Positions 53,705 to 63,895 of a stretch of DNA of 64,000 nt are shown here, piece after piece. The DNA is from Candidatus Zixiibacteriota bacterium (lineage in GTDB: Bacteria > Zixibacteria > MSB-5A5 > GN15 > FEB-12), in the NCBI GenBank assembly GCA_017999435.1, contig JAGNLV010000001.1, forward strand, positions 794,993 through 858,992, read 5' to 3'. A program made the translations under genes and the position numbers. Position 1 is the first letter of the stretch; each line of letters begins with the position of its first letter. Below the pieces are notes generated by a model, which did not search any database, had not been told where the DNA came from, and saw nothing but the letters and a program-made list of their open reading frames with translations.

Positions 53705-55096
53705 ATGACCACGACAGCGACCACTTCGAAACAGTCCCGTCTCGAGCGCCTCGACCGTTTCGAATCGAAGCGGTTCCCGACGGCGGTCTCCGAGGAGTCC
53801 GCCGTCGTCCGCGCGGCGTCGCTCCTGCTCGGCGTTGAGATCCGCGGCTGGCTGAGCCGGAGCGAACAGGAGTACCTCGACAGCCTCGCTCCCGACAACG
53901 CCCTCACCTTCCTCGTGCGCGGCGACCGCTACCTGCATCCGGAGGAAGTTCCCCTGTTCCCGCCGGACCTGATTGACGCCGCCGTTCGCCAGGGCCGCGA
54001 CGCCGTCTTCTCGCATCGCTGCGCGGCGGGCGCCGCGTCGGGGCCGGGCATCAGCCGGGTATTCACGGGTGTGATCGAGGACCGCAACGGAGCGCCGCTG
54101 GTCCTGGGCATGCTCTGCCCCGACAGCCTGACCGACAAGGTGGTGCTCGAACGCTGCTTCGAGCGGGTCATCAGCGCCTTTCGCAGCGCGCGCGATTCCG
54201 TGCGCGGGATGCTCGCCGCGCTCGGTCCGACCCCGCCGGGGGCGGCCCGCATCCTCGTCAATCGCGCCTCGGGGCGGGTCTTCCACGCCGACCCGGACAT
54301 CTGCACCGCGGCCGCCTGCGAACCGTCCGCGCTCGTCGCGCGCGAGTACGGGACGGTCGAGCCGCTCGTCCGCCGGCTGGTCGCCCGATTCAAGATGAAA
54401 CTCGAAAATCACGCCTGCGGCTGTCTCCACGTGGCCTGCCTCACTTTCGAGCCGGCCCGCGAGGCCGCCGCCGAGACCAGACTGTCGCTCGCCTGCGTGG
54501 ACTCGCTCCGGCGCGACGCCGCCGGACTCACCACGGCCGCCGAGTACATCGCCGGCAACAGCGGTCTGCTCGCGGCCGGGGAAATCCAGGCGCTGGCGTC
54601 CGAGATCGCCCGCACCGGCCGGTCGCTCTCGCGCCGGCTGGCCCGCACCTCGCTGGTCGCCCGCTACGGCCAGATGGAGCCGGCCCGCGTCAACCTCGCG
54701 CACCAGATCGACCACGCCATCGACCGCTTCGCCGGCCTCGACCGGGAGCGGATCTCGCTGGTGCTCGACGGCGGGGGCGAGCAGTTTTGGGTCTCGGCTC
54801 CGCCCGAGGCCCTTCTGGTCCTATTTGAGACCGTCCTCGAGGCGCACGCCGCGGCCGACCGCGCCGCCGCCACCGCCGTGCGGGTGGACTGCGCAGACGG
54901 CGCGCCGGAGGCCCGGGTGGTCTTCACCACGATCGTTTCCGATGCCGCCCGCATCGCCGACCTGGAACGGGCCTGGCCGGCCGACGCCGACCGCCTGGTC
55001 CGGCGCCTCGGCGCCGCCGTCGAGCGCCGTGTCGACGCCCCCTCCCGCTCCCTCACTACCGCTGTAACCTTCCGCACCCAGGAGATACCCGCATGA
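53705..55096 (+). CDS. hypothetical cytosolic protein with divergent histidine-kinase-like segments
   Basis: 463 aa, no TM. NLAHQIDHAIDRFAGL is H-box-like. LLVLFETVLEAHAA and TIVSDAARIADL resemble degenerate N- and G1-boxes. ATGA overlap with the downstream regulator. Confidence 0.45.
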   Translation: MTTTATTSKQSRLERLDRFESKRFPTAVSEESAVVRAASLLLGVEIRGWLSRSEQEYLDSLAPDNALTFLVRGDRYLHPEEVPLFPPDLIDAAVRQGRDAVFSHRCAAGAASGPGISRVFTGVIEDRNGAPLVLGMLCPDSLTDKVVLERCFERVISAFRSARDSVRGMLAALGPTPPGAARILVNRASGRVFHADPDICTAAACEPSALVAREYGTVEPLVRRLVARFKMKLENHACGCLHVACLTFEPAREAAAETRLSLACVDSLRRDAAGLTTAAEYIAGNSGLLAAGEIQALASEIARTGRSLSRRLARTSLVARYGQMEPARVNLAHQIDHAIDRFAGLDRERISLVLDGGGEQFWVSAPPEALLVLFETVLEAHAAADRAAATAVRVDCADGAPEARVVFTTIVSDAARIADLERAWPADADRLVRRLGAAVERRVDAPSRSLTTAVTFRTQEIPA

Positions 55097-56463
55097 TCAC
55101 CGTTCGTCCCGCCGCCGCCCGCATTCTGGTGCTCGATCCCGGTCAGACCGAGCGCCGGTCGCTGTCCCTGCCCCTGGCCGACAACACGCTGGAAATAACC
55201 GAGGTCAACACGCTGGATTCCGCGCTGGCCGTGCTCGCCACCGGGCAGATCCACCTGGTGCTGGTCCGTCACGACGCCGCCCTGCCCGATCCGCAGGAGC
55301 TGATCCGCCGGGTCCGCCGCCTCGATCCGGCGGTGGAGATCCTCCTGGTGCTTCCCGCCGCGCCCCCCGGCCGGATCGCGGCCGCCCTCGAGGCGGGGGC
55401 CTTCGACTGCGTCGCCGAACCGCCGTCGACGGAGGCGCTCCTGGCGCGCGCCCGGAAAGCCATCGAACACCGGGAACTCAAAGTCCGCCTCGCGGCCGTT
55501 CGCCAGCACGTCGCGATGCACTACAGTTTCGACAACCTCGTGGGCGTGTCGCGGGCCGCCCAGCAGCTTCGCGAGGCGCTCGCCCGCCTCGCCCCGACCG
55601 ACATCGCCGTTCTCATCACCGGTCCGGAGGGTTCCGGCAAGGAGCTCTGCGCGAGCATCTTGCACCACCACTCGGGGCGCCGCCAGCGGCCCTATGTCGT
55701 CGTCGACTGCACCGCCCCGGAACCGGTGCTGGTCCCGGAGTTGTTCGGCTCCGAGGGATCCGACCGCCCCGGGCTGCTGGTTCAGGCGGACGGCGGGACA
55801 GTGCTCCTGAGGCGCCTCGACCGGATGCCGGCGGCGGTTCAGGAACGGCTCGCCGAGGTCCTCAAAACCGGCGTCCTCCCCGGCCGTCCCGCCCGCCTGA
55901 ATGTGCGGTGGCTCTCCACCTCCGCTCTTTCGGCCGGAGAACTGGCGGCCGCCGGTGTGCGCCGCGACCTGCTGGCGAAACTGGACACTATCACGGTGGC
56001 TGTCCCGCCGCTGCGCGAGCGCATTGAGGATCTTGAGCCGCTGGTGGCCGCTATGCTCCGGCGCATCGCCGCGGAAACCGGGCGAACGCGCCTGGACATC
56101 AGCCGGGCCGCCCTCGACCGCCTGCTCCACTGGCCCTGGCCGGGCAACGCGCGCGAGCTGGAGAGCTGCCTCCGCCGCGCCGCCGCCCTCGCCGGTGGTG
56201 AGACGATCGATTCCGACGCCGTCGTGTTTGCCGAGCACCGTCCGGGCGCTGCCGAGGAGCGGCCGCCCGCCCCTCGGACCAACAGCCTGCGCCTGGCCGA
56301 CAACCAGCGCGACCTAATCGAGAAAGTGCTCATCGACAACAACTGGAATTACACCCAGACCGCCCAGGAACTCGGTATCGGCCGCACCACGCTGTGGCGG
56401 AAAGTGAAGAAGTACAACTTGAAACCGGGCGTCGCCGGCGAGGCTGTGCGCGATGACGGATAA
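55093..56463 (+). CDS. NtrC-family (sigma-54 enhancer-binding-protein-like) regulator with degenerate receiver, GAFTGA and Walker B motifs
   Basis: 456 aa. REC-like N-terminus. AAA+ domain with Walker A GPEGSGKE, but ELFGSEGSDRPG where GAFTGA is expected and GGTVLLRRLDRM where GGTLFLDEI is expected. WPGNARELE is retained. C-terminal Fis HTH NYTQTAQELGIGRTTLWRKVKKY. Confidence 0.75.
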   Translation: MITVRPAAARILVLDPGQTERRSLSLPLADNTLEITEVNTLDSALAVLATGQIHLVLVRHDAALPDPQELIRRVRRLDPAVEILLVLPAAPPGRIAAALEAGAFDCVAEPPSTEALLARARKAIEHRELKVRLAAVRQHVAMHYSFDNLVGVSRAAQQLREALARLAPTDIAVLITGPEGSGKELCASILHHHSGRRQRPYVVVDCTAPEPVLVPELFGSEGSDRPGLLVQADGGTVLLRRLDRMPAAVQERLAEVLKTGVLPGRPARLNVRWLSTSALSAGELAAAGVRRDLLAKLDTITVAVPPLRERIEDLEPLVAAMLRRIAAETGRTRLDISRAALDRLLHWPWPGNARELESCLRRAAALAGGETIDSDAVVFAEHRPGAAEERPPAPRTNSLRLADNQRDLIEKVLIDNNWNYTQTAQELGIGRTTLWRKVKKYNLKPGVAGEAVRDDG

Positions 56464-56995
56464 GCCGCTGCCGCGCAAGCGGTCATACCTGCGGACGCCC
56501 GCCCCGACCCGGCCGATTCCGGTCGATTTCGCCGTCCTGCACGAACAGGGGGCGGGGGCGCCCCAGATGTTCGCCCACCTGACGCGCGAGCTCGCCCGTC
56601 GCTACGCCATCAACCGGGGCGTGCTGATCATGCGCCGCGGCGCCGCCGGCCCCTTCGCCGCCGTCTCCACCTGGGTGAATGGATCGCTCCGCGACGGTCT
56701 GGCGGTCAACCTTCCCCCGCAGTCCTCGCTGTTTGAAAAGGTCGCCGAACACGGCCGCGTCTACACGGAGAACTTCTGCGCCTCCTTCAGCGGCAACTTC
56801 TTCGAGCGCAAGCTCCTGCTTGGCGATGAGTCCCGCTCCTTTGTCGTCCAGCCGCTCACCAGCGACGGCGAGGTGGTCGGCCTGGTGGCCTACAGCTCGG
56901 ACGAACCGACCGCCTTTGCGATGTTCGAGGAAGGGGCGGTCGAGGATGTGGCCCGGGCCTTCGCGGCCGCGATACGAAAGCAGCGCCTCGCCTGA
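56453..56995 (+). CDS. hypothetical protein, GAF-like
   Basis: 180 aa. Overlaps the regulator stop by 11 nt. FVVQPLTSDGEVVGLVAY suggests a GAF/PAS-like ligand-binding fold. Confidence 0.4.
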   Translation: MTDKPLPRKRSYLRTPAPTRPIPVDFAVLHEQGAGAPQMFAHLTRELARRYAINRGVLIMRRGAAGPFAAVSTWVNGSLRDGLAVNLPPQSSLFEKVAEHGRVYTENFCASFSGNFFERKLLLGDESRSFVVQPLTSDGEVVGLVAYSSDEPTAFAMFEEGAVEDVARAFAAAIRKQRLA

Positions 56996-57014
56996 ACCGC
57001 CTCCGGCCGAGCGC

Positions 57015-58040
57015 CTACCGGCCGCGCTCCTGCCGTATCCGCCGGCGCGCCCGCTCATGCTCCGCATTGGTTTTCGAGAAGAAGTGCCCCCCCGCGTTGT
57101 CGGCCACGAAGAACAGGTAGTCGCTCGTGTCGGGAGCGAGCGCAGCCTTGATCGAGGCCAGTCCCGGCGAGTTGATCGGCGTCGGCGGAAGCCCCGCGTG
57201 AAGGTAGGTGTTGTAGGGCGTGTCCTTGCGCAGGTCGCGCCGGGAGAGCGGCCGATCGAGTCCCCCCAGACCGTAGATCACTGTCGGGTCGGCATCCAGC
57301 CGCATCTTCTGCCGCAGCCGGTTAGCATAGACCGAGGCCACCAGCCCGCGCTCGCCGGCCAGCGGCGTTTCCGATTCGATGATCGAGGCCAGAATGACAA
57401 TCTCGTGCGGCGAGAGCCCCAGCGTCCTCTCCCCCGCCCAGAGTCCCTCGGTCTGCCGGTCGAACTGCGCCACGGCCGTCCGCACCGCCTCCCGCTCGTC
57501 GATTCCCCAGGGGAAGAAGTACGTCTCGGGGAAGAGGTATCCCTCCAGGCAGGGTTTGCCGAGTTCGGCGAGAAACGCGCTGTCGCTGCCCAGGCCCACG
57601 ATCGCCGCCGAATCAAGTTCCAGGCTGCGGGCGAGCAGACCGGCCGTCCGCCAGAGCGTCGTGCCTTCGGGAATCGTTACCCGGATGCGGAGCAAATCCC
57701 CCCGGGCCAGGCGGTCGAGCACGCCGGCCGCCGACTGTTTCCCCGTGAAATCATACCGGCCGGGGATCAGCCTGCGGTCCACACCGGTGAGTCTCGCCGC
57801 GAGCCGCAGGAGGCGCGGCGACGGCACCACTCCCTGGGCGTCCAACCGGGCGGCCACCTGGGCGAACGAGTCGCCCGGGGCGATGATCACGGTCGCCACC
57901 CGGTCTCCCAGGTCCACCGTGCGATAGTGCTGTCCGACCGCCAGCCCGATGATGGCCGCCGCCAAAAGCACGGCCGCCGCCGTGACGATTCTTCTACCCA
58001 TAATTTCTGCCGCGAGGACCGGCCGGGCGACCGCCGCCAC
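57015..58040 (-). CDS. mltG: endolytic murein transglycosylase MltG (YceG-like)
   Basis: 341 aa. N-terminal TM. YceG family motifs LPPTPINSPG and ETPYNTY-like region. The start could instead be the internal Met at 58001. Confidence 0.8.
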   Translation of the reverse strand: MAAVARPVLAAEIMGRRIVTAAAVLLAAAIIGLAVGQHYRTVDLGDRVATVIIAPGDSFAQVAARLDAQGVVPSPRLLRLAARLTGVDRRLIPGRYDFTGKQSAAGVLDRLARGDLLRIRVTIPEGTTLWRTAGLLARSLELDSAAIVGLGSDSAFLAELGKPCLEGYLFPETYFFPWGIDEREAVRTAVAQFDRQTEGLWAGERTLGLSPHEIVILASIIESETPLAGERGLVASVYANRLRQKMRLDADPTVIYGLGGLDRPLSRRDLRKDTPYNTYLHAGLPPTPINSPGLASIKAALAPDTSDYLFFVADNAGGHFFSKTNAEHERARRRIRQERGR

Positions 58041-58071
58041 CCGCCGGAGCTGCTCCCTCTGTCACACCCCC

Positions 58072-58509
58072 CTACCGTTCCGGCTGCTCATCGAGAAACC
58101 GCTGCAGAATGATCACCGCCGCCAGCCGATCGATCCGCTTCTTGTCCTTGCCGACCCGCTTGCCGTGGGCATGGATGATGTCCGCCGCCTCGACCGAGGA
58201 GTAGCCCTCGTCCCACAGGTGGATCGGCCCGTCGAAAACCGTGCGGAGCGCGTTCGCGAAGGCCTCGATCTCGAGGCACTTCCGGTTCGACTCGCCCGAC
58301 AGCCCGACCGGGGATCCGATGACGATGCCCGCGGGCTGGTGTTCGCGGATCAGCGCGGCCACCTGGGCCAGCGCGTCGGCCGCCGATTTCACCACCAGCG
58401 TCGTCAACGCCGTGGCGATCAGCCCGGTCGGATCGCTCTTGGCGACCCCGATCCGGCGGGCGCCGTAATCAATCCCGAGAAGAGTGCGCGTGTCGCCTCC
58501 CGCCGCCAT
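58072..58509 (-). CDS. ruvX: Holliday junction resolvase-like protein RuvX (YqgF)
   Basis: 145 aa. LLGIDYGARRIGVAKSD and GLP..DGSE-type motifs. Confidence 0.85.
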   Translation of the reverse strand: MAAGGDTRTLLGIDYGARRIGVAKSDPTGLIATALTTLVVKSAADALAQVAALIREHQPAGIVIGSPVGLSGESNRKCLEIEAFANALRTVFDGPIHLWDEGYSSVEAADIIHAHGKRVGKDKKRIDRLAAVIILQRFLDEQPER

Positions 58510-58513
58510 ACCC

Positions 58514-59773
58514 TCAGGTCTTCCGTTCCTTCCGCTTGGCCGCGGGGAACAGCACGTTGTTGAGAATCAGCCGGTACCCCGGCGAGTTCTTGTAGAGCGC
58601 GAGATCGGTCGCCGGATCGTGCACCATGTGCCGGTAATCCTCCGGATCGTGCCCGGACAAAAACGTGAATGTCCCCCGCCCGAGATTGCCGTGGATGTAC
58701 CGGACCTCATCGTAATTGTCCGGCTGACCCAAAATGGTCACGAAATCCTTCAGCAGCGACTTGCGGAAACCGGTCGTCTGCCCCATGAACCCGGCCACCG
58801 TCGCCGTGTGATCCTGCACCAGCATTGTCGGCACCGGGTCGAGCTTGGCCGCAAAATCGAACAGGAAGAAGTAGTCCTCGTCCGGACTGAGGAATCGAAT
58901 CTGGCGGTCCGGATAGGTGTCGATGTCGGAGTGGCGGTACTCCAGGGGGTTCAGTTCCACGGTGAAATTCTCGAACGCGAATGTCTTGCTGTAGTCGAGC
59001 CGGGCCTGGCAGTTCGGGTCGACCGGGTCGCCGTCGAACTCGCTGGGCGAGATATCCACGCCCTCGGCCGCCAGCGCGATGTCGATCGTCTCCGGCGCCG
59101 AGCACATGGAGAACAAGAACCCGCCCCGCCGCACGTAATCGTAGATCGCTTTCGCCACCTCGAGCTTCATGTCCGACACTTTCATGTAGCCCAGCCGCCG
59201 GGCCATGTCCTCGTTGGTCTTCACGTCCGCCTGGTACCACAACTCGTTGCGGAAGGCCGCGTAGAACTTGCCGTACTGCCCGGTGAAATCCTCGTGGTGG
59301 CAGTGCAGCCAGTCGTAATCGTCGAGCGCGCCCGCCAGCACCTCTTCATCCCACACGATGGCGTACTTGATCTCGGCATAGGTGAGCGCGAGCGTCACCG
59401 CATCATCCCACGGCTGCGCCGAGGGCGGGGAGTAGACGGCGATCGACGGCGCCTTCTCCAGTTCGACCCGCTCCATATTCCCCGCTTCGATCTGGCGGTA
59501 AATGTCGGCGACCTGTCCCTCGCTCACCTGCTCGGCCGCCACGCCCATGAGGAGACAGCGGTTGACGTTGTCCTGGTTGTAGTCCAGAAGGAACGATCCC
59601 CCGCGGTAGTTGAGCAGCCATTCCCCTTTCGACCCCTTTTCCAGCCCCTGAAACACGACTCCGTAGGCTTTGAGGTGGTCGGTCTGCGAGTCGTCCATGG
59701 GAATCAGGAGCCGGGCGGCTGCCGCCGGCAAGGGCAACCCGATGAAAAGCAGGGTGCAGAGGAGTCTCTTCAT
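58514..59773 (-). CDS. secreted hypothetical protein
   Basis: The track ORF 58514..61057 is trimmed to MKRLLCTLLFIGLPLPAAAA, a signal peptide (start 59771-59773). The longer ORF is antisense to the serpin gene. Product is ~419 aa. Confidence 0.55.
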   Translation of the reverse strand: MKRLLCTLLFIGLPLPAAAARLLIPMDDSQTDHLKAYGVVFQGLEKGSKGEWLLNYRGGSFLLDYNQDNVNRCLLMGVAAEQVSEGQVADIYRQIEAGNMERVELEKAPSIAVYSPPSAQPWDDAVTLALTYAEIKYAIVWDEEVLAGALDDYDWLHCHHEDFTGQYGKFYAAFRNELWYQADVKTNEDMARRLGYMKVSDMKLEVAKAIYDYVRRGGFLFSMCSAPETIDIALAAEGVDISPSEFDGDPVDPNCQARLDYSKTFAFENFTVELNPLEYRHSDIDTYPDRQIRFLSPDEDYFFLFDFAAKLDPVPTMLVQDHTATVAGFMGQTTGFRKSLLKDFVTILGQPDNYDEVRYIHGNLGRGTFTFLSGHDPEDYRHMVHDPATDLALYKNSPGYRLILNNVLFPAAKRKERKT

Positions 59774-59947
59774 AGTCCCTAACTTACGACAAATTAGTCC
59801 GTTGGCAATTACTGATTGTACTCCCGCCGGGGACGCCGGTTTCCCGCAGCCGCCGCAGGCCCAGTTTTCCGTTGCACCAACAGCCCCGTATCTGCATCTA
59901 TAGCATAGAGACGAACGCCGGCGGCCGACAAAACCCGGGAGATTGCC

Positions 59948-61243
59948 ATGATAAAAACGTCCTTTGCTTTTCTGCTCATCGGCACCGTCCTCCTGGCGGT
60001 GCAGTGCTCCGACCCGGTGGAGCCGACCAGCCCGGATGATCCGACGCCGGTTCGCACGCCGGCGCAGTTGACGGGCCCCGAAACCGACCTCGTGCAGTCC
60101 GTCAACCGTTTCGGATTCAAGTTGTTCCGCCTCGTGAACGAAAACGCTGCGGCGGGGGAGAACATCTTCGTCTCCCCCCTGTCGGTGTCGTACGCGCTCG
60201 GCCTGGCTCTCAACGGCGCTGAGGGCCTCACCCGCGATGAAATGGCCGCCACCCTCGAACTCGCCGGGTCCTCGCCCGATGAAACCAACGAGGCCTACCG
60301 CGGCCTGACCGAGATCCTCAGCGGGGCCGATCCGGCCGTTACCTTCACCGTCGCCAACTCCTTCTGGAGTCGGCTGGGGCTGCGCGTGCAGCCGAGTTTC
60401 ACCGACATGGGCCGCGAGTATTTCGATGCCCGGGTGGAGGAGCTTGATTTCAACGCCCCGTGGGCGGCCGACACCATCAATAGCTGGGTGGCCGGGGCCA
60501 CCGGCGGCCGCATCACCGAGATCATCGAATCGCCGATAAGTCCGGAGATGGGGGCGTTCCTGATCAACGCCCTCTGTTTCAAGGCGAGCTGGACCTATCC
60601 CTTCAACGAGGACTTCACCCGGGAACTCCCCTTCCACCCCGGCGGCGGTGCGACTGTGCTCTGCCCCACGATGTGGAAGCGGACGGCAGATGAGATCGAG
60701 CAGGATCCCGGGAGATTCGCCGCGCGCCCGATGATGTACGGCGAGCACGAGTTGTTTCAGGCGGCGACCCTGCCCTACGGCCGCTCCGGTTTCCGGATGA
60801 CCATCCTCCTGCCGCACCCATGGGTGGCGGTCGATTCGCTGGTGGTCCTGCTGGACCCGGACACCTGGCGGACGTGGTCGAGCCTGCCGACCGTCGCCGA
60901 CTTCGAGATTCTCCTGCCGCGCTACAAATTCGCCTGCGAGGCGACACTCAACGACATCCTCACGCGCATGGGCATGCGCACTGCTTTCGATCCGGAAGCG
61001 GCCGACTTCCGCCGCCTCTTCGCCGACGTCGGGTCGTATATCGGCGAGGTGAAGCACAAGACGTTTGTGGAGGTCGATGAGAAAGGGACGGAGGCGGCGG
61101 CCGTGACCTCGATCGGCTGGGGGGTGACGTCGTTACCGCCGCTTTTCCGGGTCGACCGCCCGTTCCTCTTTATCATCCATGAGGCGGAATCGGGCGCGGT
61201 CCTGTTCATGGGCAAGGTGGTGAATCCTGCGCGTGCGGGTTGA
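59948..61243 (+). CDS. serpin-family lipoprotein (serine protease inhibitor)
   Basis: 431 aa. Lipobox LAVQCS. Serpin core motifs [14 protein letters not shown], hinge and reactive-centre loop [13 protein letters not shown], and C-terminal [22 protein letters not shown]. Confidence 0.8.
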   Translation: MIKTSFAFLLIGTVLLAVQCSDPVEPTSPDDPTPVRTPAQLTGPETDLVQSVNRFGFKLFRLVNENAAAGENIFVSPLSVSYALGLALNGAEGLTRDEMAATLELAGSSPDETNEAYRGLTEILSGADPAVTFTVANSFWSRLGLRVQPSFTDMGREYFDARVEELDFNAPWAADTINSWVAGATGGRITEIIESPISPEMGAFLINALCFKASWTYPFNEDFTRELPFHPGGGATVLCPTMWKRTADEIEQDPGRFAARPMMYGEHELFQAATLPYGRSGFRMTILLPHPWVAVDSLVVLLDPDTWRTWSSLPTVADFEILLPRYKFACEATLNDILTRMGMRTAFDPEAADFRRLFADVGSYIGEVKHKTFVEVDEKGTEAAAVTSIGWGVTSLPPLFRVDRPFLFIIHEAESGAVLFMGKVVNPARAG

Positions 61244-61270
61244 TCGGCGCGGCCGGACAGGCCGTTCCCC

Positions 61271-63076
61271 TCACCGCTCGATCTGGAGGGCCGCCAGAAA
61301 GGCCTCCTGCGGAATCTCGACCCGCCCGAACTGCTTCATCCGCTTCTTCCCCTCCTTCTGGCGCTCGAGCAGTTTCCGCTTGCGGGTGATGTCCCCGCCG
61401 TAGCACTTCGCGGTCACGTTTTTCCGCATGGGTTTGACGGTCGCCCGGCTGATGATCCGGCTGCCGATCGCCGCCTGAATCACGACCTCGTACATCTGGC
61501 GCGGAATCAACTCCCGCAGCTTCTCATTGAGGCTCTTCCCCCAGCTGTAGGCCCGGTCGCGGTGGATAATGACCGACAGGGCATCGACCGGCTCTCCGTT
61601 GACGAGGATGTCGAGCTTGACGAGATCGGAGCGCCGGTAGTACGGCACGCCGTAGTCGAACGAGGCGTAGCCCCGGCTGACCGACTTGAGCTTGTCGTAG
61701 AAATCGAAGATGATCTCCGACAGGGGGAAAGCGTACGACAGGTTGGCCCGCGCGGCCGAGAGATACTCGGTGTTCTTGTACTCGCCGCGCCGCTCGGTCG
61801 CCAGCTTCATGATCGCCCCGACATATTCGCTCGGGACGATGATCTGGGCGTCGACGTACGGTTCCTGCACGTGGTCGGTCTCCTGCGGCGGGGGCATGTC
61901 CGCCGGGTTGTCGACCGCCGCCATCGTCCCGTCGGTCCGGTAGACGTGGTATTCGACGTTCGGCACGGTGTTGATGATCAACTGCCCGTACTCGCGCGAG
62001 AGCCGCTCGGTGACAATCTCCATGTGCAGGAGTCCGAGAAATCCCACCCGGAAGCCGAACCCGAGCGCCTGCGAGGATTCCGGCGTGTACGAGAGCGAGG
62101 AGTCGTTGAGCGCGAGTTTTTCGAGCGCCTCCCGCAGCCGCGTGAAGTCCTCGGCCACCGCCGGGTAGAGGCCCGAAAACACCATTGGCTTGATGTTGAC
62201 AAAGCCCGGCAGGGGCGCGGCCGCCGGATTCTCCACCGTGGTGAGGGTGTCCCCGATCTTGGTGTCGGCCACCTCGCGGATCGAGGCGAACAGGTACCCC
62301 ACCTCGCCGGCCACGAGCGCCTCCGCCGGCGCCGTGCCGAGCCGCAGGTACCCCACCTCGTCGACGTCGTACGTCTTGCCCGTGGCCATGGCGCGGATGC
62401 GGTCGTGCGTCCGCAGCGTCCCGTTGAACAGCCGCAGGAGCGGCATCGCCCCCCGGTAGCTGTCGTAAATCGAATCGAACACCATCGCCTGCAGCGGCGC
62501 ACCCGGATCCCCCTTCGGCCCCGGGATCCGGCGCACGATCGCCTCGAGCACCTCGGTAATCCCCGTCCCGTGCTTGGCCGAAACCCGGAGCACTTCCTCC
62601 CGCGGCACGCCGAGCAGGTCGACCAGCTCCGCGACCACCTTCTCCGTCTCCGCGTTCGGCAGGTCGATCTTGTTCACGACCGGGAGTATCTCGAGGTCGT
62701 GCTCCATGGCCAGGTAGAGGTTCGACAGCGTCTGGGCCTCGATTCCCTGGGAGGCGTCGACCACCAGCACCGCGCCCTCGCAGGCGGCCAGCGAGCGGCT
62801 CACCTCGTAGGTGAAATCGACGTGGCCCGGGGTGTCGATCAGATTCAGCTGGTAAACCGCGCCGTCCGCGGCCCGATACTCCAGCCGGATCGCGTGCGCC
62901 TTGATCGTGATCCCCCGTTCCCGCTCGAGATCCATCGAGTCGAGCACCTGCTCGCGCATCTGGCGCTCCGACACGGTCTTGGTGACCTGGAGAAGCCGGT
63001 CGGCCAGAGTCGACTTGCCGTGGTCGATGTGGGCGATGATGGAAAAATTGCGTATATTCTTCAGCGGCGTCGTCAT
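61271..63076 (-). CDS. lepA: translation elongation factor 4
   Basis: Trimmed to [29 protein letters not shown] (start 63074-63076). Full LepA domain set including the C-terminal LepA_C domain. Confidence 0.92.
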   Translation of the reverse strand: MTTPLKNIRNFSIIAHIDHGKSTLADRLLQVTKTVSERQMREQVLDSMDLERERGITIKAHAIRLEYRAADGAVYQLNLIDTPGHVDFTYEVSRSLAACEGAVLVVDASQGIEAQTLSNLYLAMEHDLEILPVVNKIDLPNAETEKVVAELVDLLGVPREEVLRVSAKHGTGITEVLEAIVRRIPGPKGDPGAPLQAMVFDSIYDSYRGAMPLLRLFNGTLRTHDRIRAMATGKTYDVDEVGYLRLGTAPAEALVAGEVGYLFASIREVADTKIGDTLTTVENPAAAPLPGFVNIKPMVFSGLYPAVAEDFTRLREALEKLALNDSSLSYTPESSQALGFGFRVGFLGLLHMEIVTERLSREYGQLIINTVPNVEYHVYRTDGTMAAVDNPADMPPPQETDHVQEPYVDAQIIVPSEYVGAIMKLATERRGEYKNTEYLSAARANLSYAFPLSEIIFDFYDKLKSVSRGYASFDYGVPYYRRSDLVKLDILVNGEPVDALSVIIHRDRAYSWGKSLNEKLRELIPRQMYEVVIQAAIGSRIISRATVKPMRKNVTAKCYGGDITRKRKLLERQKEGKKRMKQFGRVEIPQEAFLAALQIER

Positions 63077-63168
63077 CTCTCCGTCTCGGCTGCAGTCACA
63101 GCGGCGGAAGATACGGGGCCGCCCGCCCAATGTCAAACGCAAGAAAGAGGCGCCCGCCGGCCGCTCCC

Positions 63169-63738
63169 CTACAGCCGCCCGGTGAGGACCTCCTCGGTCA
63201 TCGCTTCGCTGTACCCCGACAGCGCCACCCGCACCTCGCCCGCCTCGTTGATCACGTAGAGCGTGGGAAAGACACCGATCTCAAGCTGCGGGAGAACCTC
63301 GGCCGGGATCTCGTACACCTGCAAGAGCGGGCTCCCCCGGTGCGCCTCCGGCGTCCGCGTGAGCAGGAGCACCTGCAGGTTTCCCTCGATCACGCTCGGC
63401 CACCGCGCGGCCTCCTCGACCAGCAGCCGGCAGGGCTCGCAGGCGCCCGACACGAACGCGACCAGCGACCGCTTGCCCAGCAGGAGCGTCCGGATATCCG
63501 TCTCGGCGCCGTCCCGCCGCACCGTGACCGGCGGGAAGATGTCGCCGACCCGGACGTTGCTGCGGTTGATCATTTCCTGGGGTGCGGCGTTCCCGCCGAA
63601 TACTCCGGTCAGCCCGGTTTTTGATGAGATCCAGAATCCGGCAAACACGCCGGCGGCGATGACCACCAGCAGGATCAAAGCTTTCAGCAGAAACGACCCG
63701 ATCGACTCCGACTTCCCTGCCATACCTCTCTCCCGCAA
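63169..63738 (-). CDS. thioredoxin-fold thiol:disulfide oxidoreductase (TlpA/ResA-like), membrane-anchored
   Basis: 189 aa. N-terminal TM. CEPC active site ([10 protein letters not shown]). Confidence 0.6.
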   Translation of the reverse strand: MRERGMAGKSESIGSFLLKALILLVVIAAGVFAGFWISSKTGLTGVFGGNAAPQEMINRSNVRVGDIFPPVTVRRDGAETDIRTLLLGKRSLVAFVSGACEPCRLLVEEAARWPSVIEGNLQVLLLTRTPEAHRGSPLLQVYEIPAEVLPQLEIGVFPTLYVINEAGEVRVALSGYSEAMTEEVLTGRL

Positions 63739-63895
63739 TTACAGGTTGTGTCCTGCAACGTGCGACCCCGAGCCGTCTCCCGGTCCGGGCGGTCTCCGGT
63801 CGCCCGCGACGCCGGCCCGGCGTCTGCCGAAAAAGAAACGCCCCCCGGCGACCGGCTGTCAAGTGCGAACTTGCGCGGAAAGCCCGACGATCCGA

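Noticed and set aside
59774-61057. N-terminal 428-aa extension of track ORF 58514..61057
   Set aside because: It runs antisense through the serpin gene. A signal peptide begins at the internal Met (start 59773), so the gene is trimmed.
63822-63862. Short palindrome ccggcgaccgg plus T-run (minus strand) as terminator of the partial gene at the window end
   Set aside because: Stem of only 4-6 bp. Not convincing without 3'-end data.
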